DNA from: an uncultured Alphaproteobacteria bacterium
GTDB taxonomy: Bacteria; Pseudomonadota; Alphaproteobacteria; SHVP01
Direction: 5' to 3'
Assembly: GCA_964350495.1 (NCBI GenBank)
Contig: CAYGKG010000003.1
Coordinates: 4,825 to 68,824 of the forward strand
DNA length: 64,000 bases
Numbering within the stretch: the stretch's first letter is position 1; every line of letters starts with the position of its first letter. Shown one piece after another: positions 19,067-27,678 of this stretch. Below the pieces are notes generated by a model. That model made no database searches and was not told the DNA's origin. It saw nothing but the letters and a program-made list of their open reading frames with translations. A program made the position numbers and the translations under genes.

Positions 19067-19185
19067 GTTATTGCGCCACCGCGTAACAGGTTATTGCGCC
19101 CATTATTGAAGTTCGCGTCCGCCAGGGCCATAAACTAAGTAGAATAGAGTTCCGGTTGCACCGGGCAACCTAGAGGCGGTTTCGC

Positions 19186-20181
19186 ATGACGTCGGGTCTT
19201 GGCACGCATCGTTTGGCTTCCCAAAGCGCGGATGATCGCGACCTTGCGACCGCCCACCGTGTCCTCAACCAGGAATCGGCCGCGCTCGCCGAGCTGGCCC
19301 GCAGCCTGGATACCCGGTTCACCGCCGCCGTCGAGATTCTTGCCAATGTCGAAGGCCGCGTCGTCGTTGGCGGCATCGGCAAATCGGGCCATGTCGCGGG
19401 CAAGGTTGCCGCCACGCTGGCCGGCACCGGAACGCCGGCGCAGTTTATCCATCCCAGCGAGGCCAGCCACGGCGACCTCGGCATGATCACCGAGCGGGAC
19501 GCCGTCGTGCTCCTTTCCAAGTCCGGCGAAACCGCCGAGCTGGCCGACATCCTGACCTACGCCAAGCGCTTCAGCATTCCCCTCATCGCAATCACGGACA
19601 ATGCTCAGTCGACGCTCGGACGCGCCGCGACGGTCGTACTCCAACTGCCGTCGATCGCCGAAGCCTGTCCGATGGGACTGGCGCCGACGACGTCGAGCAC
19701 CATGATGATCGCCCTGGGCGATGCGCTCGCCGTTGCGCTATTGGAACGCAGCGGATTTTCGGCCGACCATTTTCGAGTGCTCCATCCCGGCGGGCGGCTC
19801 GGCGCAGCGCTGCTTCGCGTCAGCGACTTGATGCGAAAAGGAAGCGAAGTCCCCTTGGCATCGACAACGACCTCGATGTCCGAGGTGCTCCTCGTGATGT
19901 CGGCGAAGAATTTTGGATGCGCGGGCATTGTCGAGGACGGCGACCGGTTGGCCGGCATCATTACCGATGGCGATCTTCGTCGCCATATGGCGCCCGGCCT
20001 TCTCGAACTGACGGCTGCGGCGGTCATGACCCCGGGGCCCCAAACCATCACCTCCGACAGCTTGATTGCCGAGGCGCTCGCGCTCATGGCGGGCAAGATC
20101 ACCAACCTCTTTGTCGTCGACGACGGGCGCGTTGTCGGCATCGTTCGACTTCACGATTGTCTGCAGGCCGGCGCGGCATGA
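19186..20181 (+). CDS. kdsD: Arabinose-5-phosphate isomerase (KpsF/GutQ/KdsD family; SIS plus tandem CBS domains)
   Basis: 331 aa with the SIS motif GIGKSGHVAGKVAATLAGTGTP and a C-terminal CBS pair. It is immediately upstream of lptC-lptA-lptB-rpoN. Confidence 0.9.
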   Translation: MTSGLGTHRLASQSADDRDLATAHRVLNQESAALAELARSLDTRFTAAVEILANVEGRVVVGGIGKSGHVAGKVAATLAGTGTPAQFIHPSEASHGDLGMITERDAVVLLSKSGETAELADILTYAKRFSIPLIAITDNAQSTLGRAATVVLQLPSIAEACPMGLAPTTSSTMMIALGDALAVALLERSGFSADHFRVLHPGGRLGAALLRVSDLMRKGSEVPLASTTTSMSEVLLVMSAKNFGCAGIVEDGDRLAGIITDGDLRRHMAPGLLELTAAAVMTPGPQTITSDSLIAEALALMAGKITNLFVVDDGRVVGIVRLHDCLQAGAA

Positions 20182-20843
20182 CCTCCCGGGCAGTTGGTGC
20201 TGCAGCCGCGCCCAAGGCCGGATTTTTCTCTGCTCCGCCGCCGCGCGGGATCGGTCGCAAATACAGCCGTTTCGTCAGTCTGATGAAAGTGATGCTGCCG
20301 CTGACGGCAGCCGCGCTCATCATGATCCTGATCGCCTGGCCGCAAACCCAAGACGAGGGCGCCACCTTCCGGGTGTCCCTCGCTGCGATCCCCGATGGCG
20401 ACGCCGGCGAAACCGGGATGACCCGCGCCCGCTTCGTCGGCACGGACTCACGAAACCAGCCCTTTGTCATTACCGCCGACACCGCCGTCCCGGACACTCT
20501 GAACCCTGAGAAGATCGATCTGACCACCTTGCAGGCCGACTTGACCCTTTCCAGCGGGTCGTGGATTTCGCTCATGTCGGCGACCGGCTTGTTCAACCGA
20601 ACCGCTCAGAACCTTGCCCTGCAAGGCGGCGTCGAGATTTTCGCCGACAACGGCTTCGCGCTCCAAACCGCCTCGGTCGAAATCGATCTTGAGAATGGGA
20701 TCGCCTGGGGACGCCGCCCGGTACAAGCCCACGGACCGATGGGGGCCCTCGGTGCCGACAGCTTTCGCCTGGAGCGCAACGGTCAACGACTCTTCTTCGA
20801 GGGGCGCGTTCGGATGACCCTCCAACCCTCGGTTGCGCCGTGA
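20178..20843 (+). CDS. lptC: LPS export system protein LptC
   Basis: 221 aa from ATG 20178, which forms an ATGA overlap with the kdsD stop. It has a single N-terminal TM helix (VMLPLTAAALIMILIAW) followed by a beta-rich periplasmic domain. Its position between kdsD and lptA supports the call. Confidence 0.75.
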   Translation: MTSRAVGAAAAPKAGFFSAPPPRGIGRKYSRFVSLMKVMLPLTAAALIMILIAWPQTQDEGATFRVSLAAIPDGDAGETGMTRARFVGTDSRNQPFVITADTAVPDTLNPEKIDLTTLQADLTLSSGSWISLMSATGLFNRTAQNLALQGGVEIFADNGFALQTASVEIDLENGIAWGRRPVQAHGPMGALGADSFRLERNGQRLFFEGRVRMTLQPSVAP

Positions 20844-21364
20844 GACGTCACGCCGCAATTGCCGCGCTTGCCTTTGGCGCTGCGTTTTTGTTCGTCGGAG
20901 CGGCAAGCGCTCAGTTTCGCAGTGCGCATGACACCGCCCTGCCGATCGAAATCGCCGCCGACTTGTTGGAAGTCCAACAGGACAACCAAATCGCGGTTTT
21001 CAGCGGCAACGTCGATGCCAAGCAGGGAAACATGGTGCTCCGAGCCGAGAAGCTCTGGGTTCACTATCAAGAGGGCGGCGCTGCGGATACCGCGCAAACC
21101 ATCTCCAAGATCGACGCCGAAGGCCAGGTCTTCTTCTCGTCCGGCGGCGAGACCGCCCAGGGCGATCAAGGCGCCTACGACGTCGACAACGCGGTCATCG
21201 TCTTGACCGGTCGGGTCGTCCTGACCCAGGGCGACAATGTCCTCAAGGGCAATCGCCTGGTTTTGGACCTCCGCACCGGCCGGAGTTCCATGGACGGCGA
21301 CCAAACCACCGGCGACGGTCGCGTTCGCGGCCTTTTCGTGCCCCGCAGCGGCACGGCGCCTTGA
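20840..21364 (+). CDS. lptA: LPS transport periplasmic protein LptA (OstA-like)
   Basis: 174 aa with a signal peptide (AAIAALAFGAAFLFVGAASAQ) and OstA-like repeats. The GTG start overlaps the lptC stop (GTGA). Confidence 0.8.
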   Translation: MRRHAAIAALAFGAAFLFVGAASAQFRSAHDTALPIEIAADLLEVQQDNQIAVFSGNVDAKQGNMVLRAEKLWVHYQEGGAADTAQTISKIDAEGQVFFSSGGETAQGDQGAYDVDNAVIVLTGRVVLTQGDNVLKGNRLVLDLRTGRSSMDGDQTTGDGRVRGLFVPRSGTAP

Positions 21365-21422
21365 CGGTCTGTTAACCAAATCGGGGCGAGAGTCCGGCGT
21401 GGTATAGGGTAGTATTTGATCG

Positions 21423-22199
21423 ATGACTGAGATTGACGTGCAGACCAGTGAAGGTGGACCGAGGCTCGTTGCGCACAACGAAGGCCTTGTCGCGCGTAGC
21501 CTCGGAAAATCCTTTCGTAAGCGGCCTGTATTGCGCAACGTCAGTCTGTCGGTACAGCGCGGCGAGGCTGTTGCGTTGCTTGGCCCCAACGGCGCCGGCA
21601 AAACAACCTGCTTCTATTGCATGACCGGCCTGATCGCCCCGGACTACGGCACGATTTCGATGGACGGGCACGACATCACGAGCCTGCCGATGTATCGCCG
21701 GGCGCGCCTCGGCATTGGCTACCTTCCCCAGGAAGCGTCGATTTTTCGCGGTTTGACCGTCGAGAACAACATTCGCGCGGCGCTCGAGGTGACCGAACCG
21801 CTCCATCATCGCCGCGAGGAGCAACTCGAAGAGCTGCTCGCCGAGTTCTCGATTGAGCATCTGCGGCGGGCCTCGGCCGTAACCCTTTCCGGGGGCGAGC
21901 GTCGCCGGGTCGAAATTGCACGGGCGCTTGCCTCGAACCCGAGTTTCATTCTGCTGGACGAACCGCTCGCGGGGATCGACCCAATCGCTTTGGGTGATAT
22001 TCGCGATCTGGTTGCCCACCTGAAAGACCGCGGCATCGGCGTTCTGATTACCGACCACAACGTGCGCGAGACGTTGGATATCGTCGACCGCGCCTACGTC
22101 CTCCATGACGGTGGCATCCTCATGGAAGGACCGCCCTCCGAAATCGTCGCCCACGAGGCGGTTCGCCGAGTCTACCTCGGCGACCGCTTCACGCTGTAG
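21423..22199 (+). CDS. lptB: LPS export ABC transporter ATP-binding protein
   Basis: 258 aa with Walker [13 protein letters not shown] signature [15 protein letters not shown] and Walker B FILLDEP. Confidence 0.95.
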   Translation: MTEIDVQTSEGGPRLVAHNEGLVARSLGKSFRKRPVLRNVSLSVQRGEAVALLGPNGAGKTTCFYCMTGLIAPDYGTISMDGHDITSLPMYRRARLGIGYLPQEASIFRGLTVENNIRAALEVTEPLHHRREEQLEELLAEFSIEHLRRASAVTLSGGERRRVEIARALASNPSFILLDEPLAGIDPIALGDIRDLVAHLKDRGIGVLITDHNVRETLDIVDRAYVLHDGGILMEGPPSEIVAHEAVRRVYLGDRFTL

Positions 22200-22208
22200 G
22201 GGGTTCAG

Positions 22209-23735
22209 GTGGCGCTCGGTCAACGGCAGGAACTTCGGCAATCACAATCCTTGGTGATGACGCCTCAGTTGCAGCAGGCAATCAAGCTGCTGCAACTGAC
22301 CAATATCGAACTGTCGGAGTTCGTCGAACAGGAGATCGAGCGCAATCCGCTTTTGGAACTCGTCGAAGGGGATCCACCGGAGCGCGGCGAAGGGGCCACC
22401 GCTGCCGAGACCGCGCGCGAGACCGACGGCGTCGATACCGCGTCGCTCTCGACCGCAGACCAACTCCCGGGCGAAAACGAACAGCCCCTCGATATGAGCT
22501 ACGACGATGTCTACACCGACAATGCGACCGGAGAAGGCTATCCGTCGGATGCGGGATTAAGCGGCCCCTACGCGAGCACCGGCGGGTCGTCGTCCTTCGA
22601 CGCCTCCGGCGACCTTCTTGAGCAGACCATCGGCGAAGAAATCAGCCTGACCGATCACCTCACCGCCCAACTCAACATGGATGTCATCGACCCAGCCGAA
22701 CGGATGATCGGATTCCACCTGATCCATATGCTGGACGACGCCGGCTATTTGATCGGGGATATAGAATCCATCGCCGAACAAATCGGCGACTCCGTTGAAC
22801 GCGTCGAAGAGGTCCTCAAACGGTTGCAGGATTTCGATCCCGTCGGCGTCTTCGCCCGCGATCTCGCAGAATGCCTGGCCCTGCAACTGCGTGAGAAAAA
22901 CCGCTACGACCCCGCGATTGCCGCGCTACTCGACAACCTGGATTTGCTCGCCGCACACAACCACGCTGCCCTGCTCGAATGCTGCGGCGTCGAAGCCGAC
23001 GACCTCGCCGACATGATCCAAGAACTGCGCCGGCTCAACCCAAAGCCCGGCCTCGCCTTCAGCAACGAGATCGCGCAAACCCTGGTCCCCGACGTATTCG
23101 TGCGCCGAAGTGCGAATGGCGGATGGGCAGTCGAACTCAACAGCGACACCCTGCCGAAAGTCTTGGTGAACCAGCAGTACTTTGCCGAAGTCAACGGGCA
23201 CCCCTGTTCGCGCAAAGACAAGGCGTACATCACGGAACAACTTCACTCGGCGAATTGGCTCGTGAAGTCGCTTGAACAGCGCGCCCATACGATCCTCAAG
23301 GTCGCGGCCGAACTTGTCAGACAACAGGATGGCTTCTTTGCGCACGGCGTGCAGCATTTGCGCCCCCTGACGTTGCGCGACATCGCAACCGAAATCGAAA
23401 TGCACGAAAGTACGGTGAGCCGGGTCACGACGAACAAGTACATGGCGACGCCGCGCGGCACCTACCAAATGAAATATTTCTTCACTTCGGCGATCACGTC
23501 GACGACCGGCGGCGATTCGCTCTCCGCGGAATCGGTCCGGCATCGAATCCGCGACCTGATTCATAAAGAACCGGCCGGGACCGTCCTCTCGGACGACAAG
23601 ATCGTCGACATCTTGCGAACCGAGAAAATCGACATCGCGCGGCGAACGGTAGCGAAGTACCGCGAAGCGATGCGCATTCCCTCGTCCGTGATGCGCCGCC
23701 GGATCAAGCAAACCGCCGCAACGACCCCAAGGTAG
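22209..23735 (+). CDS. rpoN: RNA polymerase sigma-54 factor
   Basis: 508 aa from a GTG start. N-terminal region I is Gln/Leu-rich (LVMTPQLQQAIKLLQL). It also has an acidic region II, an HTH and the RpoN box ARRTVAKYR. Confidence 0.95.
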   Translation: MALGQRQELRQSQSLVMTPQLQQAIKLLQLTNIELSEFVEQEIERNPLLELVEGDPPERGEGATAAETARETDGVDTASLSTADQLPGENEQPLDMSYDDVYTDNATGEGYPSDAGLSGPYASTGGSSSFDASGDLLEQTIGEEISLTDHLTAQLNMDVIDPAERMIGFHLIHMLDDAGYLIGDIESIAEQIGDSVERVEEVLKRLQDFDPVGVFARDLAECLALQLREKNRYDPAIAALLDNLDLLAAHNHAALLECCGVEADDLADMIQELRRLNPKPGLAFSNEIAQTLVPDVFVRRSANGGWAVELNSDTLPKVLVNQQYFAEVNGHPCSRKDKAYITEQLHSANWLVKSLEQRAHTILKVAAELVRQQDGFFAHGVQHLRPLTLRDIATEIEMHESTVSRVTTNKYMATPRGTYQMKYFFTSAITSTTGGDSLSAESVRHRIRDLIHKEPAGTVLSDDKIVDILRTEKIDIARRTVAKYREAMRIPSSVMRRRIKQTAATTPR

Positions 23736-23772
23736 CGCGGATTTCCGCCATATTTCGCATTTAGTCGAATTG

Positions 23773-23802
23773 TTGACATTGCTGCGGCGCGGGGCTTATG
23801 TT
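23773..23802 (+). promoter_or_regulatory. Candidate sigma70-type promoter in the rpoN-ptsN spacer (TTGACA-N17/18-TTATGT/TATGTT)
   Basis: A perfect -35 hexamer TTGACA at 23773-23778. TTATGT lies at 23796-23801 (17-nt spacer) and TATGTT at 23797-23802 (18-nt spacer). Confidence 0.35.
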
Positions 23803-23864
23803 CCGCCGCCTCGGATCGGACCGAGCGAATACCGCTAGGTATGGACCGTGATCCAAAGCGATAG

Positions 23865-24008
23865 ATGTCGAACAAGCACGGACCGCAATTCCCTGACACG
23901 ACCGGTTCCCACTGCGTGAACAGATCGCCGCAGATTGCCATCACCGCTCGATTGACGGCCCGTTTCCCAAACCTGACCAACACAGCCAAGACTAGCGAGC
24001 ATCCCTAG
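23865..24008 (+). CDS. Possible 47-aa small ORF abutting the ptsN start (very uncertain)
   Basis: ATG 23865 to TAG 24006-24008, giving MSNKHGPQFPDTTGSHCVNRSPQIAITARLTARFPNLTNTAKTSEHP. Its stop is directly followed by the ptsN ATG. GC3 is about 72% by hand count. No recognisable family and no clear SD. Confidence 0.15.
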   Translation: MSNKHGPQFPDTTGSHCVNRSPQIAITARLTARFPNLTNTAKTSEHP

Positions 24009-24476
24009 ATGGAAATTTCCGACCTACTCAATGCCGACGCGGTCGTTTCGAACCTTAAAGTCACCGGAAAGAAACAAGCCTTACAGGAAGTAGCCGCTGT
24101 TGCCGCGCGGATTACCGGGCGAGATGAGCGGGAGATTTTCGACATCCTCCTGGGGCGCGAACGACTCGGAACCACCGGCGTGGGTCACGGCATCGCGATT
24201 CCGCATGGCAAACTCGAAGGGCTGGATCGCCTCTATGGCGTATTTGCACGATTTGAGAAACCGATCGACTTCGACGCAATCGACGACGAACCGGTCGACC
24301 TAGTGTTCGCCCTACTGGCCCCAGAGACAGCCGGCGCGGACCATCTGAAGGCGCTGGCGCGAATCTCCCGACTGCTCCGCGATCATTCCTTATGCGAGAA
24401 GATTCGCGGGTCGGACAGTCATGACGCCGTCTTCGCGATCCTTACCGAGCAGACGGCGACCTCGCACGCGGCTTGA
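24009..24476 (+). CDS. ptsN: PTS-Ntr EIIA component (nitrogen regulatory IIA protein)
   Basis: 155 aa. The phosphorylation-site region GVGHGIAIPHGKL is conserved. Confidence 0.9.
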   Translation: MEISDLLNADAVVSNLKVTGKKQALQEVAAVAARITGRDEREIFDILLGRERLGTTGVGHGIAIPHGKLEGLDRLYGVFARFEKPIDFDAIDDEPVDLVFALLAPETAGADHLKALARISRLLRDHSLCEKIRGSDSHDAVFAILTEQTATSHAA

Positions 24477-24530
24477 GTGGCCTCGCGGCCGGGAACCCCA
24501 CGCTCGGTCAGAAATGCTATCATCGTGAGC

Positions 24531-25949
24531 ATGCGATTCACGGCGCCATTCCCCACGGCTTTGATCTTTGCCGCCACGCTTTTGGCGGCGGTCTTCGGTA
24601 CGCCGGACGCGCAGGCGCAACAGGCGACGCCGCCCGCGATCGTCCTCGGGCCACCGGTCGCCTGCAGGATTCCCGAAATCTGCTGGGTCCAAAACTACTT
24701 CGACCATGACCCCGGTCCGGGCGCCGAGGATCACACCTGTGGGAGACGGGCCTACGACCGCCACTTCGGTATCGACTTCCGGGTCGCCAACCTTGAAGTG
24801 ATGCGGCAAGGAATTCCCGTGATCGCCGCGGCGGACGGCATCGTAGGAGGCATTCGCGACGGGATGGAGGATACCGGGATCCTGGAAACCGACGCGAGTA
24901 GTGTCCGCGGTCGCGAGTGCGGTAACGGCGTCGTTCTTCGACATCCCAATGGCTGGACCACCCAATATTGCCATCTGCTGAAGGGCAGTATCGAGGTCGC
25001 CAAGGGTCAGAACATCAAAAAGGGCGAGTCGCTCGGGAAAATTGGGCTGTCCGGACTGACCGAATTTCCCCATGTCCATTTCGAAGTGCGCAACGGGAAC
25101 ACGCGGGTCGATCCGTTCGTCGGCTTCGACGCCACCGGAAAATGCGGCACGGCAGGAGAGCCGCTATTCGAAGCCGCTTTCATCGACAAGGCCCCGTACG
25201 TCGAGACCGGCCTTCTCAATGCAGGCTTCACCGACCGGCCGCCCAAGGGGTCGGAGATTCTCGCCGGCGATCACGCCAACACCACGCTCCCTGAAGACGC
25301 AGGAGCGCTCATTTATTGGGTCGAACTGTTCGGAACGCAGCCAGGCGACCGCGGCAAGTTCACGATTCTCGCCCCGGACGGGTCGGTGCTGGTTAGTCAG
25401 ACCCGACCGCCGCTCGAAAGCCACAGCGCCCGCAACCTCGCCTTTACCGGTCGGCGCAAACCGCCAAGCGGATGGGCCCCGGGCGAATACAAAGGAATGT
25501 TCGAACTGCTCCGCGACGAAGTCGGTCAGACCAAGGTCGCGTTCCGCGTCGATCGGACGGTGCGCGTGGGCGAGCAGCAGGCCGCAGTGGTGCCGCCGAC
25601 CCTACCGGCGGCGGCACCGACTGCGCAACCGTCACAGGTCGCGCCGCCAACGGCCCCAGCGGCGGAGAGCGGCGCCGAATCCGCTGAAACGAGTGAAGCC
25701 CCACCTGCCGCGTCGCCTGCGGCCGAAACCGCAAGCAGCGCTGCGCCGAACCAAGCCCCGGCAACGGCGCCAAGCGCGCCGGCACCGCGGACGATGACAC
25801 AGCGCGCCGAAGACCTTCTCCCGGTGTCGATCCCCAGAGTTCTTCAGCGACCTGCCGACCACAAGGGTCCGCCGCCGTGGCTTATTGCAGCGGGATTACT
25901 CGGTGTAATTCTTGGGTTAGCGGGTGTCGCCTACATCACACGGCGCTAG
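24531..25949 (+). CDS. M23-family metallopeptidase with a Pro/Ala-rich linker and a C-terminal membrane anchor
   Basis: Signal-like N-terminus MRFTAPFPTALIFAATLLAAVFG. M23 motifs HFGIDF and FPHVHFEVR. A low-complexity PA-rich stretch of about 90 aa. A C-terminal TM helix WLIAAGLLGVILGLAGVAYITRR. Start set at ATG 24531 rather than the track GTG at 24477. Confidence 0.8.
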   Translation: MRFTAPFPTALIFAATLLAAVFGTPDAQAQQATPPAIVLGPPVACRIPEICWVQNYFDHDPGPGAEDHTCGRRAYDRHFGIDFRVANLEVMRQGIPVIAAADGIVGGIRDGMEDTGILETDASSVRGRECGNGVVLRHPNGWTTQYCHLLKGSIEVAKGQNIKKGESLGKIGLSGLTEFPHVHFEVRNGNTRVDPFVGFDATGKCGTAGEPLFEAAFIDKAPYVETGLLNAGFTDRPPKGSEILAGDHANTTLPEDAGALIYWVELFGTQPGDRGKFTILAPDGSVLVSQTRPPLESHSARNLAFTGRRKPPSGWAPGEYKGMFELLRDEVGQTKVAFRVDRTVRVGEQQAAVVPPTLPAAAPTAQPSQVAPPTAPAAESGAESAETSEAPPAASPAAETASSAAPNQAPATAPSAPAPRTMTQRAEDLLPVSIPRVLQRPADHKGPPPWLIAAGLLGVILGLAGVAYITRR

Positions 25950-25957
25950 GACGACCG

Positions 25958-26206
25958 TCAGTGAACGCTGACTGGTTCCAGGTCGTTCTGGCGGACCACG
26001 ATTTCAGCGAGCGTGCGTTCTGCAATGATCGCAACCTCGCGCCCATCGGCGAGGAACACCGCAAACTGGGTCTCCCCGTCGACGGCGATCGGCTTGATAT
26101 AGGCAAACCCTTCGGCGCCGAGCGCCGCAAACGCAGACGGCGTTAGTTCGCGCAACTGCTGCGCCAACGCTGTTTTCAGCGCGGCCTGACGTTCCGGATT
26201 AGCCAT
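25958..26206 (-). CDS. DUF1150-family small protein
   Basis: 82 aa (…FAYIKPIAVDGETQFAVFLADGREVAII…). The ATG overlaps the hsp20 stop by 8 nt. This family typically follows hsp20 genes in alphaproteobacteria. Confidence 0.7.
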   Translation of the reverse strand: MANPERQAALKTALAQQLRELTPSAFAALGAEGFAYIKPIAVDGETQFAVFLADGREVAIIAERTLAEIVVRQNDLEPVSVH

Positions 26207-26657
26207 CGTTGAGACCTATATCGAGCGGCTGACGCCCTTTTTTCGTTGCCGACTTGATCTCGACCGAACGCACCAACGATTCCGTGGGCGGCCGCGCCAA
26301 ATCGATATGGAGCATGCCCTTGTCGAGGAACGCCCCGGTGACATCGATCCCTTCAGCCAAAACGAACGCGCGCTGAAACTGCCGAGCGGCAATGCCGCGA
26401 TGGAGGAACACCCGTTCGCGCTCGTCCGCCGCCTGTTGGCCACGCACCACGAGCTGGTTGGTTTCGACGGTGACGCTGAGTTGTTCGTCGGAGAAACCGG
26501 CTACCGCGAGCGATATCCGAAGGTCACCGGGTCCGGTTTGTTCAATATTGTAAGGGGGATACCCGTCCTGCCCGGATTTGGTTAGCCGACCGACGGTGCG
26601 TTCGACTTCCTCGAATCCCAGCAGCAAAGGGTGGTCGAATAGGGACAGTCGCCCCAT
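26199..26657 (-). CDS. Small heat-shock protein (Hsp20/IbpA family, alpha-crystallin domain)
   Basis: 152 aa from ATG 26657 (MGRLSLFDHPLLLGFEE...). The alpha-crystallin core reads YPPYNIEQTGPGDLRISLAVAGF...GMLHIDL. AGGAGGA lies upstream of the start. Confidence 0.9.
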   Translation of the reverse strand: MGRLSLFDHPLLLGFEEVERTVGRLTKSGQDGYPPYNIEQTGPGDLRISLAVAGFSDEQLSVTVETNQLVVRGQQAADERERVFLHRGIAARQFQRAFVLAEGIDVTGAFLDKGMLHIDLARPPTESLVRSVEIKSATKKGRQPLDIGLNDG

Positions 26658-26721
26658 GGCTTTTCCTCCTCGTGATGAGCGAGTGAAACCCTGAGGCCCA
26701 CGATGGCGCCCCATTGCAGGT

Positions 26722-26752
26722 AGATGTGGGGGGCCATGTGCCCTGCGTCAAG
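26722..26752 (-). promoter_or_regulatory. Sigma-32 (RpoH)-like heat-shock promoter upstream of hsp20
   Basis: The minus strand reads CTTGAC-N13-CCCCCCACATCT, resembling the sigma-32 consensus CTTGAA-N13-15-CCCCATNT. It lies about 65-95 nt upstream of the hsp20 ATG. Confidence 0.45.
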
Positions 26753-26763
26753 GTTGTCGGGTA

Positions 26764-27612
26764 TTAGTCCGCCATGATGTCCCGAATGTACTGCGGTAGC
26801 GCAAACGCCGCGCCGTGGATCGCTGCGTTGTAGTAGCGCGTGGCCAGCCCGCCATCGGCAATCTGCTGCTGCGTTGCGCTCGTTAAGGGGGCCGCAAGGT
26901 CGAGGCCATTGCTTCCCCAACCCAGCGCCATAAACCCGCCGTAGTAGGTTGGAACAGCAATCACGTAGAAACCATGGTGTTCAAAGACTCCGTCAAACCG
27001 TTGCGATGTCCGGCGGAGCTCATCGGCTTGCAGGAACGGCACCCCGTTTTGGGTGACGACAACCCCGCGCGGCGCGAGAATCGATTCGCAGCGACGATAA
27101 AACGCTCTCGTGAACAGGCCCTCGCCAGGGCCGACCGGATCGGTCGAATCGACGATCACGAGATCGTATTTCTCTTCGGTCTCATTCACGAATTTTACGC
27201 CGTCGCCGACGATCACATTGGCCCGCGCGTCGTCGAACGCGCCGTCGCTCAGAGCGGGCATGAACGCTTTGCTGAGCGCAATGACTTGGCCGTCGATGTC
27301 GACCAGCGTTGCCCGCTCGACCGGGTGGCGCAGCACCTCGCGCAACGCCCCGCCGTCGCCGCCGCCGATGATGAGAACGTTACGCATTTTGCCTAGCGCA
27401 AACGCTGCAACGTGCACCAGCATCTCGTGATAGACAAACTCGTCGCTTTCGGTTGTCTGAACGATGCCGTCCAGCGCCATGACCCGGCCAAGCGCCTCGT
27501 TCTCGAAGATTTCGACGTGTTGGAAGTCCGTGTTGCCCTGGAACAGCACGTTGCGACGCGCAAAGGACTGCATCACAGTGGGGTGGAGCGTTTCACGGAA
27601 CCAATCTGTCAT
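26764..27612 (-). CDS. speE: Polyamine aminopropyltransferase (spermidine synthase)
   Basis: 282 aa containing NVLIIGGGDGGALREVLRH and DLVIVDSTDPVGPGEGLF, canonical SpeE motifs. Confidence 0.9.
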   Translation of the reverse strand: MTDWFRETLHPTVMQSFARRNVLFQGNTDFQHVEIFENEALGRVMALDGIVQTTESDEFVYHEMLVHVAAFALGKMRNVLIIGGGDGGALREVLRHPVERATLVDIDGQVIALSKAFMPALSDGAFDDARANVIVGDGVKFVNETEEKYDLVIVDSTDPVGPGEGLFTRAFYRRCESILAPRGVVVTQNGVPFLQADELRRTSQRFDGVFEHHGFYVIAVPTYYGGFMALGWGSNGLDLAAPLTSATQQQIADGGLATRYYNAAIHGAAFALPQYIRDIMAD

Positions 27613-27678
27613 GTCGAAATACCTCTCAAACGGGAAGGCAGGCGGTGGGATGGACGGTACGGGCTTGCCGGGCTTGGG

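Noticed and set aside
23561-23989. 142-aa minus-strand ORF covering the rpoN-ptsN spacer
   Set aside because: It overlaps the 3-prime end of rpoN antisense and has no recognisable domain. Its composition looks like non-coding or antisense translation. I also checked this spacer for a degraded hpf in all three forward frames and found nothing HPF-like.
26658-26721. ROSE-type RNA thermometer in the hsp20 leader
   Set aside because: Only short, ambiguous SD-complementary segments (CCUC, CUCG) are present. The characteristic U(U/C)GCU anti-SD with a bulged G in a multi-hairpin leader is not evident. I kept it only as a remark under the hsp20 finding.
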